DNA of 64,000 bases from a virus (lineage: Duplodnaviria > Caudoviricetes): positions 23,794 to 87,793 of IMG/VR virus record IMGVR_UViG_3300033068_001467. One strand, 5' to 3'. This document shows, one piece after another, positions 46,927 to 56,430 of the stretch. The translations under genes were made by a program, and so were the position numbers. Numbering within the stretch: the stretch's first letter is position 1; each line of letters starts with the position of its first letter. The notes beneath the pieces were generated by a model. That model did not search any database. It was not told where the DNA came from and worked only from the letters and a program-made list of their open reading frames with translations.

Positions 46927-47883
46927 ATGGAATTTAATTTAAAACAATTACAAAATCTCTTTGATAGAGAGCAAAATATTACTTGGGCTGCAAAAGCTTA
47001 TTGTGAAGCTAATAATATTCAATACAATGACTCCATACGTCGTTCTGCAAGTAAATGGCTAAATAAACTTGGAACTACTAATTCGGTAGAGAGTGTAATT
47101 AAACCACACAATATGAAAATCTTAACGCTAGATATAGAGACCGCTCCTCTAAAAAGTTATATTTGGGGGATTTGGAATCAAAACCTAGGGCATTCTTTGA
47201 ATATGTTAGAATCTGATTGGTTTATGCTTACATGGTCTGCTAAATGGTTATTTGAAGATAATGTATTATCAGATAAACTTACTCCTGAAGAAGTTTTAAA
47301 AGAAGATGATAGCAGGATTTGTAAAACTATTTGGAATCTATTAGAAGAGGCAGATGTAGTAATTATTCATAATGGTTTGAAATTTGATGTAAAAAGAATG
47401 AATACTCGTTTTTTAAAAAATGGTATGACTCCGCCAATGGTATATCAGGTAATAGATACTTTAATTCACGCTAGAAAAAGGTTTAATATTACATCTAACA
47501 AATTAGATTATATTGGTAAATTTTTAGGTTTAGGAGAAAAACTTGCTACAGGTGGATTTGATTTATGGAAGAGGTGTATGAAAGGAGATGCTGATGCTTT
47601 GACAGAGATGGAAACTTATAATATTCAAGATGTACGTTTATTAGAGGATGTATATCTTGTATTGAGACCTTATATTAAACCGCACCCAAATGTAGCTCTA
47701 TTTGTTGCAGAAGATGTTCACTCTTGTCCTAGTTGTGCATCCACCGATTTAAAATGGGAAGGTACTTACTCTACTTATGCAAATACTTATGATGCTTTTA
47801 GATGTAGTAGTTGTGGTAGTATTGGTAGAAGTAGGACAGCTAAACCTAAAGGTAAAAATTTTACAATCTCTACTCCGAATTAA
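46927..47883 (+). CDS. RNase H-like (DEDDy) exonuclease with C-terminal zinc ribbon
   Basis: LDIETAP, HNGLKFD, YNIQDV; CPSC..CSSC. Confidence 0.8.
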   Translation: MEFNLKQLQNLFDREQNITWAAKAYCEANNIQYNDSIRRSASKWLNKLGTTNSVESVIKPHNMKILTLDIETAPLKSYIWGIWNQNLGHSLNMLESDWFMLTWSAKWLFEDNVLSDKLTPEEVLKEDDSRICKTIWNLLEEADVVIIHNGLKFDVKRMNTRFLKNGMTPPMVYQVIDTLIHARKRFNITSNKLDYIGKFLGLGEKLATGGFDLWKRCMKGDADALTEMETYNIQDVRLLEDVYLVLRPYIKPHPNVALFVAEDVHSCPSCASTDLKWEGTYSTYANTYDAFRCSSCGSIGRSRTAKPKGKNFTISTPN

Positions 47884-47891
47884 AACCAACT

Positions 47892-47920
47892 AAGCTCTAT
47901 TTAACGATAGGGCTTTTTTA
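47892..47920 (+). terminator. intrinsic terminator
   Basis: AGCTCTAT-loop-ATAGGGCT then T-run. Confidence 0.75.
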
Positions 47921-47974
47921 TTTCTCTGTTTCTCAGTCTTTTACGCGGCAAAAATAGAAATAATTCAAAATAAA

Positions 47975-48006
47975 TTTGCACACCTCAAAAATTAGTTTTA
48001 TATTTG
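47975..48006 (+). promoter_or_regulatory. Bacteroidota-type sigma70 promoter
   Basis: TTTG-N20-TATATTTG. Confidence 0.75.
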
Positions 48007-48028
48007 TCGAATAAAATTAGAAATAATT

Positions 48029-48295
48029 ATGCACACAATTTACAAATACGCTCTAAACGTAGAGAACAAACAAATTTTAAAGTTACCTTTAGGTAGTAAA
48101 ATACTATCAACTGCATTCCAAGAAGATACTTTATGTATTTGGGCTTTAGTTGATAAAGACGAAGATTTTTTAGAAAGTTATAAGATTTATATTTATGGTA
48201 CAGGACATGATATTGGTAATATTTATGTTTCTTTTATTGGTACTGTTTTTACAGGGAATCTTGTTTTTCATGTTTTTTCGGAAAAAATTAAATAA
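48029..48295 (+). CDS. conserved phage protein
   Basis: IYKY...IYIYGTGH..FIGTV..LVFHVF pattern. Confidence 0.65.
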   Translation: MHTIYKYALNVENKQILKLPLGSKILSTAFQEDTLCIWALVDKDEDFLESYKIYIYGTGHDIGNIYVSFIGTVFTGNLVFHVFSEKIK

Positions 48296-48305
48296 TTAGT
48301 GATTT

Positions 48306-48548
48306 ATGATAAATTTAAATAGTAATTTTGAAGATATATTAAAAGAAATTATTAATATCTCTGCTCGAAAAGATTTATTAGAAATTGAGTATGATTTAGA
48401 TGGTGGAATTTGGGTTGAGGGGATTTATTTAGATGACCATCAAGAGTCAGACAATTATAGTTTTACTTGGTTAATAGGTAAAAATTTTTTTGAACAATCA
48501 ATTGAAACAAAAAGAGATATAAGGATAATTTTAAATAATTTATTATGA
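48306..48548 (+). CDS. hypothetical protein
   Basis: ORF in run. Confidence 0.55.
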   Translation: MINLNSNFEDILKEIINISARKDLLEIEYDLDGGIWVEGIYLDDHQESDNYSFTWLIGKNFFEQSIETKRDIRIILNNLL

Positions 48549-48855
48549 CACTACTTATTATATTATTTATCATCTATCTTATAGGATGGAAGTTTGAGGT
48601 TAGGTTTGATTATTTGAAGCAGGAAAATCTGTTTCTTATTTTTTATACGGCAAAAAACACTAGAAAAACTATAAAAATTAAATTATGAATACAAAATTAA
48701 TAGAAGAGCTAAATTTAACAGACCAACAAGTACATAAAATAGTGCTAGAATGGTATACTAACGGAATGTGCCCCGATATTTGGCAAGACGCTGATGGTAA
48801 TGATTTAGAGGAATATTTAGAACCTATTGTGTATGCAGTTTAGAAAAAACAAATT

Positions 48856-49200
48856 ATGGAATTAAAAGAGATTGTTTTAAAATTAGTGGGCAGTATAGCT
48901 CCCGCAGGAGAAAGTCATTTAGATAGCAAAAGGTTAGAAAACTTAAAAACACTATGCAATTTAGTTGAAGATTTAGTTACAGAGATTAATTATGTGTCAG
49001 CGGATAAAGATAGGTTTGAATCTTCTATGTCTGTTATGGGTAAATATGCTGATAACTTCTTAAATAGGCTAACAGAGGATAGAAACTACACTAAGTGTGA
49101 ATTAGTTACTGATGAAATGGTTAATTGGGCTTTGGATAATATTGGAAATCCTGAACCTAAAAGTGGAGAAAAATTTGATGAAATTTGGAATAAATACTAA
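48856..49200 (+). CDS. hypothetical protein
   Basis: 114-aa ORF. Confidence 0.6.
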   Translation: MELKEIVLKLVGSIAPAGESHLDSKRLENLKTLCNLVEDLVTEINYVSADKDRFESSMSVMGKYADNFLNRLTEDRNYTKCELVTDEMVNWALDNIGNPEPKSGEKFDEIWNKY

Positions 49201-49204
49201 AATT

Positions 49205-49384
49205 ATGAAAAACATTATACAAATTATTGGACTGCTTTTAGTAGTCATCGCTTGGTTATTTCCTGTAATAATAAGTTTCTGTACCTATAATTTTTGGTAT
49301 GTATTCTTATATTTTATTTGGTGGTTTCCAGCGAGTGTAGTAACAGGATTAGTAGTAACAATAACAGACGAATTATGCAAATAG
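49205..49384 (+). CDS. small membrane protein
   Basis: ATG 49205; hydrophobic. Confidence 0.5.
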   Translation: MKNIIQIIGLLLVVIAWLFPVIISFCTYNFWYVFLYFIWWFPASVVTGLVVTITDELCK

Positions 49385-49602
49385 ATTTAAACACTTGTAA
49401 AAAGGGGGATATTTTAATATCAAAACATGGAGCTAGGTTAACTTATGTTGAAAAATTAAATCCTGAGGTTGATTACTATGACCACAGAGTTATGTACGAA
49501 AATGGTAGTTTAGGTACTCGTGTTAATAGTGGACACGTTATGAGAAATAAAGAAAGACGATTGGAATCAGACCACGATATTGTAGAAATTATTTATGTTT
49601 AA
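49375..49602 (+). CDS. hypothetical protein
   Basis: ATG 49375 preferred. Confidence 0.55.
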   Translation: MQIDLNTCKKGDILISKHGARLTYVEKLNPEVDYYDHRVMYENGSLGTRVNSGHVMRNKERRLESDHDIVEIIYV

Positions 49603-49888
49603 AATTATGAAACACGTATTACAATCAATCATATCCCAGTGGAAATATTTTCCATATAAAGTATTACTCAAGTCTTTTTGTTTTTACTTAACTTGTTTAA
49701 TACCTTATTTGGCAATTATTATAACTTTATCTATTTTTGGATTATTGTTTGGTGTTTTTCCTCGGTTTTTGGATTTTACTTTTGATTATTTTTATGGCGG
49801 AAAATTTTTATATGTTTTTGATGCGTGGAGAGTACATATTGTTTATTATATTATTTGTTTAATTTCAAGTGTAAAAAATGATTTGTAG
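49595..49888 (+). CDS. membrane protein
   Basis: Hydrophobic segments. Confidence 0.55.
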   Translation: MFKIMKHVLQSIISQWKYFPYKVLLKSFCFYLTCLIPYLAIIITLSIFGLLFGVFPRFLDFTFDYFYGGKFLYVFDAWRVHIVYYIICLISSVKNDL

Positions 49889-50345
49889 TAAAAATGGTAT
49901 TAAGCGATATGGAGAATCTTGTTCTCTAAATAATAATTGTATTTATCCTAAGTGTATGGAAAATAAATTTCCAATAGAAGAAGTAAAAGCTCAAAAAGAG
50001 TACTTACTAAATAATCCTAATAAAATAAAAGAGGTCATAACTGAAAATAAAAATAGGCAATTTATACCAAAAACCACAGAAAACATTAAAACAGCAAAAC
50101 AATGGGCGGAAGATTATTTAAACTCAGAGGAAGGTAAAGCAGAAACTGAAAAATGGAATAAAGAAGCTATATCTTATATATTATTAGGTAAATCTACAAC
50201 TTGTTTAAATCAAGAACTTTTAGATGATATAAGCTCCTTTATTAAGGTAGAAGAATTATCCATAGAACAAATCGTAGAAAGGTTTGGAGATTTACTTACA
50301 GAAAAAGATATTGAGAATATTAAAAAGATGAGAAATGCTAACTAA
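49878..50345 (+). CDS. hypothetical protein
   Basis: 155-aa ORF. Confidence 0.6.
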   Translation: MICSKNGIKRYGESCSLNNNCIYPKCMENKFPIEEVKAQKEYLLNNPNKIKEVITENKNRQFIPKTTENIKTAKQWAEDYLNSEEGKAETEKWNKEAISYILLGKSTTCLNQELLDDISSFIKVEELSIEQIVERFGDLLTEKDIENIKKMRNAN

Positions 50346-50607
50346 AGAAAGAGTTTTAGAATTAGGTTTTAAAGAATTACCACATAAAAACTTATTAAAT
50401 AGCTTGGTTTTAGATATTGGTAGAAGAAGACAATTATCTATCAGTAGTCTAGGTTCTCCTAATGAAATGTTATCAATTTATGAAATTAATATGTCAGATG
50501 ATAAACAAATAGATGACTTAATTATACTTCATAATTTTGATTATAATGGGTATTTGACAGAAGAAAAATTATCTTTACTTTTAACCTTTTTTGCGAAAAA
50601 CAAATAA
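50335..50607 (+). CDS. hypothetical protein
   Basis: ORF in run. Confidence 0.6.
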   Translation: MLTKERVLELGFKELPHKNLLNSLVLDIGRRRQLSISSLGSPNEMLSIYEINMSDDKQIDDLIILHNFDYNGYLTEEKLSLLLTFFAKNK

Positions 50608-50611
50608 AAAT

Positions 50612-50863
50612 ATGAACTACGGAATACAAATCACATACAAAGATTTAAGTACAGAATATTTTGACCCCATTCAAGACTTCAAAACAACCAATTTAAACTA
50701 TGAATTTTGGGTAAGTGGTCATACATATCAAATACTAATAGATACTGTCTTAGAACTCAGAAAATATCCTCTATGTGATGTATGTGGTTATGAAGACTCA
50801 GAAGAAGGTTGTAAAAATTGTGCGGAGAAAGAAGAAATAGAAAAATTAAGAAATGAAAAATAG
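50612..50863 (+). CDS. hypothetical zinc-finger protein
   Basis: CDVCG..CKNC; ATG 50612. Confidence 0.55.
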   Translation: MNYGIQITYKDLSTEYFDPIQDFKTTNLNYEFWVSGHTYQILIDTVLELRKYPLCDVCGYEDSEEGCKNCAEKEEIEKLRNEK

Positions 50864-51749
50864 AGTAGGAGAAAAATACATAACAAATGAAGGCTATAAT
50901 ATAGAGATAGTAGATTATATTAATTGTAATAACTGTACTATAGAATTTGAAGATGGTGGTAGGTTATATAACAGAGCCTTTGTAGATATTAAAAGGGGAG
51001 AAGTTAAAAACCCAAATCATAAAGTAGGTGAAAAATATAAAACCCTCGAAGGGTATATTGTAGAAATTATAAAAATTGATGGATGGGGTGATTGTACAAT
51101 ATTATTTGATACAGGATTAATTTTATATAATAAAAATTATGGAGCTGTGAAAAAAGGACAGATTAAAAATCCTCTCCATAAATCTGTTTGTGGAGTTGGT
51201 TATATAGGTAATGAATGTAGTAATAAATTTAGTAATACTTACTATTATAAAATATGGAAACACATGATTGAAAGATGTTATTCAGAAAAAGAGAAATTAA
51301 AATTACCTTCCTATAAAAACGTAATAGTATGTGACGAATGGCATAATTTTCAGAACTTTGCTCGGTGGATGGAAAATAATTACAATCCTGAAACAATGGA
51401 AGGATGGCATTTAGACAAGGACATATTAGTAAAAGGTAATAAAATTTATAGCCCTGAAACCTGCTGTTTTGTTCCGAATGAGGTTAATACTCTATTAATA
51501 CCTTGTAAATCCACAAGAGGAGATTATCCAATAGGTGTTGTGAAACAAAGAAATTTATATGTGTCAAATTGTAATATAAATAAAAAAAGATGTAGATTAG
51601 GCTCATTCAAAACACCTGAAGAAGCTTTCCAAGCATATAAAATTGCAAAAGAAAACGAAATAAAAAGAGTAGCTGATAAATGGCAAGAGAAGGTTACAGA
51701 AAAAGTTTACCAAGCACTTTATAATTATCAAGTAGAAATAACAGATTAG
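50853..51749 (+). CDS. HNH-type homing endonuclease with duplicated N-terminal repeat and AP2-like tail
   Basis: Two VGEKY.T.EGY...KNP repeats; WHNFQNF, WHLDKDIL..NKIYSPETCCFVP; RLGSFKTPEEAFQAY. Confidence 0.8.
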   Translation: MKNRVGEKYITNEGYNIEIVDYINCNNCTIEFEDGGRLYNRAFVDIKRGEVKNPNHKVGEKYKTLEGYIVEIIKIDGWGDCTILFDTGLILYNKNYGAVKKGQIKNPLHKSVCGVGYIGNECSNKFSNTYYYKIWKHMIERCYSEKEKLKLPSYKNVIVCDEWHNFQNFARWMENNYNPETMEGWHLDKDILVKGNKIYSPETCCFVPNEVNTLLIPCKSTRGDYPIGVVKQRNLYVSNCNINKKRCRLGSFKTPEEAFQAYKIAKENEIKRVADKWQEKVTEKVYQALYNYQVEITD

Positions 51750-51752
51750 TAT

Positions 51753-52013
51753 ATGAGGTACTCAACGGAAAATTATAAAACTCTATCAGAACGCTTTAAT
51801 AAAATGTCCTTACTTCAAAAGATTGTAATTATAAAACAAAATCCTAACATCTTTGAACTTTATACTGATGGTTATAATTGGAGATTGCGTTTAGAAGAAA
51901 ATGCTCAAGAAATTGGATTAGATTTGTTATTTAAGTTTGAAGAGTTTTCTACTTTTGAGTTAATGAGAGATATTTGTAAATTGGCAGATTTAAATATAAA
52001 AGAATTAAAATAA
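51753..52013 (+). CDS. hypothetical protein
   Basis: ORF in run. Confidence 0.55.
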   Translation: MRYSTENYKTLSERFNKMSLLQKIVIIKQNPNIFELYTDGYNWRLRLEENAQEIGLDLLFKFEEFSTFELMRDICKLADLNIKELK

Positions 52014-52288
52014 TGGAGCTAACACAACACGCAATTGAGCGTTCTAAGGAACGTTTAAATTTAAATGAAGTTTCACTACAAAGATTGGCGGAAAAAGCTT
52101 TACAACAGGGTAAAACTCACTCAGAATGTAAAGGTCAACTTAGAAAGTATATTAATAAAGTTTATCTTCAATATAAAACTGCTAATAACATTAGAATAAG
52201 TGGAGAAATAATATTCTTTTTTGTAGGTGATAAATTAATTACTCTATATCAAATACCTAATAACTTAAAGAAGTGGTTAAAAATATGA
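52013..52288 (+). CDS. hypothetical protein with HAxxR..ER motif (possible RelE-like fold)
   Basis: MELTQHAIERSKERL; IFFFVGDKLITLY. Confidence 0.45.
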   Translation: MELTQHAIERSKERLNLNEVSLQRLAEKALQQGKTHSECKGQLRKYINKVYLQYKTANNIRISGEIIFFFVGDKLITLYQIPNNLKKWLKI

Positions 52289-52584
52289 CACAAAACGACA
52301 TACAAAAATGTTTAGTAAGTTATGGTTTTTATCCTATGACATTAGTATTAAAAGAGTTAGAAGTACAAAACAGATTTGAAGAATGCTCTGAGATTTTAAA
52401 TGCTATGCAGGATTATAGAATAAGATTTTCAATTGTTGAAGATAATATTCTTACTCAGTGGTCAGAAGAATTTGAAAAAGAGTATTTAAGTTATTTTAAA
52501 AATGTTGGAGATGATGATAGATTATTAATTGAAAGTAATTTGAAATATTATATTAAAGATATTAAAAGTAGATTGAGTTTATGA
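52285..52584 (+). CDS. hypothetical protein
   Basis: ATGA-coupled start 52285. Confidence 0.55.
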   Translation: MTQNDIQKCLVSYGFYPMTLVLKELEVQNRFEECSEILNAMQDYRIRFSIVEDNILTQWSEEFEKEYLSYFKNVGDDDRLLIESNLKYYIKDIKSRLSL

Positions 52585-52811
52585 TAACATTTAAAGAATT
52601 TAAACACAAATGGGAGATGGAAGTACTTCCAAACAAACCAAGTTTCATTAGAGAGGGACAAGCACTTATAAACTTTTTAGCCGAAGAGTGGCTTGAAGAA
52701 TACAAAAGAATATCTTCGGTTCATTACTACGATAGGACAGATATTGATTGCTTTTATAATGATAGTTTAATCCCAAATACTTGGAGACATTTAGAAGAAA
52801 TATGGAAATAA
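52581..52811 (+). CDS. hypothetical protein
   Basis: Last gene of the + strand run. Confidence 0.6.
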   Translation: MITFKEFKHKWEMEVLPNKPSFIREGQALINFLAEEWLEEYKRISSVHYYDRTDIDCFYNDSLIPNTWRHLEEIWK

Positions 52812-52850
52812 AAAATAAAGCCCTTGATTTTTAGTCTTGGGCTTTTTTGT
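52812..52850. terminator. bidirectional terminator at convergent junction
   Basis: A-run-AAGCCC..GGGCTT-T-run. Confidence 0.75.
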
Positions 52851-52996
52851 TTTCAATCCATTCCAATAAGTCTTCTTGTTTTCTTTCTTGCTCTAAAGGA
52901 TAATAATATGCTTTACAGTGATTACATTGATTACCACAAGGTTCTTTATCTGTTTCTATGTTATATTGGCAGTAGTAAAATTTTTCTTTCATATTT

Positions 52997-53353
52997 TTAT
53001 TGCGGGATTTCCATCCATTGAATTATCATCCACCCATTACCATCATTTACATATACTCCACTATCATAAAACCAATGTCCATTTTCAAAATAACCTAATG
53101 TTGTGGATGTTACATTTTCTTTTGGTCTCCTATAATCAAATGTTTTTATAATTGCACTTCTTTCATTATCGGGGGTTTGTTCTTCTACGCTTATCCATTT
53201 TGGTTTAAATAATTCTTCTGCTAAATTAAATCCTGCTTTAAAATCTGCTATTGATTGGGTTATTTCAGGTTGGTATAAAGGTCTGTCATCTTTATCTATA
53301 TCTCCGTAAAGATATTCTATATACTCTTCTATGTATTGTTCTTTTGTTTTCAT
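52997..53353 (-). CDS. DUF551-like phage protein
   Basis: KWISVEEQTPD..WF..IIQWMEIP; real start ATG 53353 abuts the IS left end (the track extension to 53431 is IS sequence). Confidence 0.65.
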   Translation of the reverse strand: MKTKEQYIEEYIEYLYGDIDKDDRPLYQPEITQSIADFKAGFNLAEELFKPKWISVEEQTPDNERSAIIKTFDYRRPKENVTSTTLGYFENGHWFYDSGVYVNDGNGWMIIQWMEIPQ

Positions 53354-53423
53354 TAATAAGTCGGAGGATACCCTGTACACTTGGCTCTTTAGAGCAGGTA
53401 GGAATCCGACAATTCCCTTTAAG

Positions 53424-53798
53424 TTAAACATTTTTTTGATTTTGTATATATTTTTTCACAGTTTCTTCACAAACGTGTCCTACTGTACCTACATAGTAAC
53501 TTCTTGTCCATAAGCAAGGCAATCTCGATTTTAACTCTGAAAATTTTTCCCTTAATTTAAAAGCCGTATACCCTTTTAATTGAGAAACTATTCTATGTAC
53601 AGAATCTTTAACAGAAGCACTTACAAATATATGTATATGGTCTTCCATAGTTTCCATAGCTTCAATATTATACCCCATTTCTTTTGATTTATCTAATATA
53701 AAGTCTTTTAAACTTTTTTGAATATCTTCACTCAATACCTTTCTTCTGTATTTTGTACACCAAACTATATGATATTTTAAATCCGATTTTGTAGACAT
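53424..53798 (-). CDS. tnpA: Y1 (HUH) transposase
   Basis: YHIVWCTKYR, EDHIH (HUH), LKGYTA, LWTRSYYV, KYIQNQ (Y). Confidence 0.95.
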   Translation of the reverse strand: MSTKSDLKYHIVWCTKYRRKVLSEDIQKSLKDFILDKSKEMGYNIEAMETMEDHIHIFVSASVKDSVHRIVSQLKGYTAFKLREKFSELKSRLPCLWTRSYYVGTVGHVCEETVKKYIQNQKNV

Positions 53799-53812
53799 AT
53801 TTTATTTTTTTA

Positions 53813-53900
53813 CAAATATAGTAATTTTATTTAAACTTACCAAAAAAGGTTACAGAGAAATTAACCAATTTTGAAAGTTAATTAATTATTGTTATTTTTG
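53813..53900. promoter_or_regulatory. divergent promoters for tnpA (-) and tnpB (+)
   Basis: Minus: TTTG-N20-TATATTTG (53844-53813); plus: TTTG-N19-TATTTTTG (53870-53900). Confidence 0.7.
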
Positions 53901-53904
53901 CACT

Positions 53905-55014
53905 ATGAAACTAATAAAAACATATAAATTTAAACTTAAATTAACCAAGAAACAAGAAAAAACTTGTGAGTCTTGGCTTGATAGTTGTCGTAATTTATAT
54001 AATTTAGCATTAAGTGAACGTATTATGGTTTATGAGATGCGTAAAAAATCTGTTTCTAAATTTGACCAATATAATCAGCTTCCTGAACTTAAAAAACAAT
54101 TTCCTTGGTTTGCTGAAGTTTATTCAGACACCATTCAAGAAGTTTTAGACCGTTTAGATAAAACCTATCAAAACTTTTTCAGAGGTGGTGGCTTTCCTAA
54201 ATTTTCTAAAAAAGGACAGTATAACTCTTTTACTTTTAAACGTTCTTTTAAAGTTAATGAAAAGACTATAAAACTTCCAAAAATAGGTGAAGTTAAATAT
54301 TTTAATTCAAGACCTATGTTAGGCACACCCAAAACAGCTACAATAATAAAAGAAGACAATAATTGGTTTATTTGCATAACTTCTGAGTATGAAACACCTT
54401 TTGAAACTATTGAGATTGATAACCAAAATTCAATAGGTTGTGATATGGGTGGTATTCGCTTTTTAGCTTTATCAAATAACACTTTTATTGATTCTCCTGA
54501 ATTCCAAAAACCTTACGAAAAAGAATTAAGAATCTTACAAAGGAAACTTAGCCGTCAAAAGAAAGGTTCAAACTCTCGTGAAAAAACAAAACTAAAGATT
54601 AGAAAAATTTATAAAAAGATTTTTAATCAACGTTTAGATTTCTTACATAAGACATCAACTTTATTATCAAACCAATATTCTGCAATTTACATAGAAGATT
54701 TAAAACTTCAAAAGATGCAAGAAAACGGATTTTCCAATGTAAATAAAATGATGACTGATAAGAGTTTTGGAAATTTTAAAATTCTTTTATCTTATAAACT
54801 CAAAGAACGTGGTAAATATTTAGGTTTAGTAAATCCAGCTTACACATCTCAAACTTGTAACTCTTGTGGTACAATTGATAAAAAATCAAGAGTGTCACAA
54901 TCTGAATTTGTTTGTACGAGCTGTGGATTAATAACTAATGCTGATTTAAACGCTTCTAAAAATATCTTGTGGGAGGGCATCTCACAGAATACAAAACGTA
55001 AGACATTAGTCTAA
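53905..55014 (+). CDS. tnpB: RNA-guided endonuclease TnpB
   Basis: N-terminal HTH; RuvC D (GCDMG), E (YIEDL), D (NADLNA); CxxC..CxxC zinc finger. Confidence 0.95.
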   Translation: MKLIKTYKFKLKLTKKQEKTCESWLDSCRNLYNLALSERIMVYEMRKKSVSKFDQYNQLPELKKQFPWFAEVYSDTIQEVLDRLDKTYQNFFRGGGFPKFSKKGQYNSFTFKRSFKVNEKTIKLPKIGEVKYFNSRPMLGTPKTATIIKEDNNWFICITSEYETPFETIEIDNQNSIGCDMGGIRFLALSNNTFIDSPEFQKPYEKELRILQRKLSRQKKGSNSREKTKLKIRKIYKKIFNQRLDFLHKTSTLLSNQYSAIYIEDLKLQKMQENGFSNVNKMMTDKSFGNFKILLSYKLKERGKYLGLVNPAYTSQTCNSCGTIDKKSRVSQSEFVCTSCGLITNADLNASKNILWEGISQNTKRKTLV

Positions 55015-55079
55015 GCGTGTATTCAGAATCTCTGTTGCTTTAGCTCGGAGAGTTGTCAAATTTCCACATATAAAAACAT
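54900..55079 (+). ncRNA. TnpB omega/reRNA scaffold plus guide (5' boundary approximate)
   Basis: GAATAC/GTATTC stem and terminal hairpin ending TCAA 55056-59; guide would begin at 55060 (ATTTCCACATATAAAA). Confidence 0.65.
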
Positions 55080-55134
55080 CTTTGGTCTATATTCGCTTCA
55101 AAACCTAATTTATATAAGTCTATTTGTCTCTTGT

Positions 55135-55506
55135 TCATAACCAATCTATCTTACTAGGTTTATATAATCCTTTATTTTCTTCTACTTCTTTTTCAAACTG
55201 CTTTTTAGAATACCACCAAGCATAGACTTTTTTCTGTTGTTTTTCTAATTTTTTGTAAGCCGAATTTGCTTCTTTTTGAGATGAGAAAATCAGACACTCT
55301 TCACCAACATAGTCACAAATACCAATAGGATTAAACCCCTCTTTTCTAATTACTTCTAAGGTTGGAGAAGTTTTAGTTGCAAAGAATTTTCCGTCTTTTT
55401 TTAGCTGTTCGTGATATTTAATATCTTCCTCTATTTGTTTTTCTAATTCTATATACTCTTCGGGAGATATTCTTGAAAGTATTTCTTCTATTAAATTACT
55501 TCTCAT
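55135..55506 (-). CDS. hypothetical protein
   Basis: 123-aa ORF in - strand run. Confidence 0.65.
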   Translation of the reverse strand: MRSNLIEEILSRISPEEYIELEKQIEEDIKYHEQLKKDGKFFATKTSPTLEVIRKEGFNPIGICDYVGEECLIFSSQKEANSAYKKLEKQQKKVYAWWYSKKQFEKEVEENKGLYKPSKIDWL

Positions 55507-55807
55507 AATTCAAAATTGTTACAAATTTTACTTTTTAAAGTTAATTCCTCTTCTGTTAAATTACATTTATGTACTTTTCTTTTACCTTTATAGTGATAAT
55601 CAAAATATTTACAATGCTTACATTTTGCATCATAAAAGATTTCTACTTTTATTACTTTATCTTCCATTATTTAAACTTTCTATTATACATTCTTCATATA
55701 CATCTCTCACATTAATTCCCATATTATCTTTTGAACAACAATATATTTTATTATCCTCTTCATAAAAATCAATAGGTGTAAATTTATAATGTGTTATTAA
55801 TAATTCT

Positions 55808-56002
55808 TTATACTTTTTCTGTGTCTTCAATTTCATAATCTAATTTTTTCGCTCTGTCTAAACTAATAAAACAATTTTCAGATGGTATATAACAAGTTTC
55901 TTCTCTAAAAGTGTCCCACATCCAAACTTTCCATTTTGCTTTATGTTGTAGCATTACTTCTTTAAATTGTTGTTTTGTTTTTAGTTGTATTGCTGTTTTC
56001 AT
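55808..56002 (-). CDS. hypothetical protein
   Basis: Small ORF in - strand run. Confidence 0.55.
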   Translation of the reverse strand: MKTAIQLKTKQQFKEVMLQHKAKWKVWMWDTFREETCYIPSENCFISLDRAKKLDYEIEDTEKV

Positions 56003-56107
56003 AATATCTTATTTTTATTGGTATTCCCTTTTTCTGCGCCATCTTAATTGTAGAGGCTGTTCCATTAGAACCTGTTGTTATTGCTATTAGATAATCTGCT
56101 TCGTCTA

Positions 56108-56326
56108 TTATCTAAGTGTCTTTAACTTTTCTCTGAAGTTATCGTTATTACCTTTATATTCTGATAAATTCTCTAAAGCTATTTTGTACATATCACATGC
56201 TACCTGCTCATCTTTATAACTTCCTATATAAACCTTAACACCGTTTATCCTTATATCAACTCTATATTTGTTTTTAAATTTTCTAACACCTATACAATTA
56301 GAGGTGCTACCCCTTGTGGTCTCAAA
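56108..56326 (-). pseudogene. AP2-domain remnant of an HNH-AP2 endonuclease
   Basis: Start-less frame STSNCIGVRKFKNKYRVDIRINGVKVYIGSYKDEQVACDMY. Confidence 0.55.
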
Positions 56327-56391
56327 TTAAAATCCCCTCTGAATTATTTAAGCGTCATAATTTTTTCTATTTCTTCTGCAAATATATAACA

Positions 56392-56430
56392 AAAAAATAA
56401 GTCCACCAAATAAATGATGGACTTTTTTCT
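56392..56430. terminator. terminator after the large - strand gene
   Basis: A-run-AAGTCCA..TGGACTT-T-run; overlaps a - strand promoter whose TATATTTG is at 56379-86. Confidence 0.7.

Larger units (their letters stand above)
53354..55059 (+). mobile_element. IS200/IS605-family insertion sequence
   Basis: Left-end hairpin 53360-53410 after TTCAT; divergent tnpA and tnpB; right end GAATCTC..TTTA..GAG..GTCAA. Confidence 0.9.

Noticed and set aside
53354-53431. N-terminal extension of ORF 52997-53431 given in the track
   Set aside because: The extension is the IS left-end hairpin read in frame; the native start is at 53353
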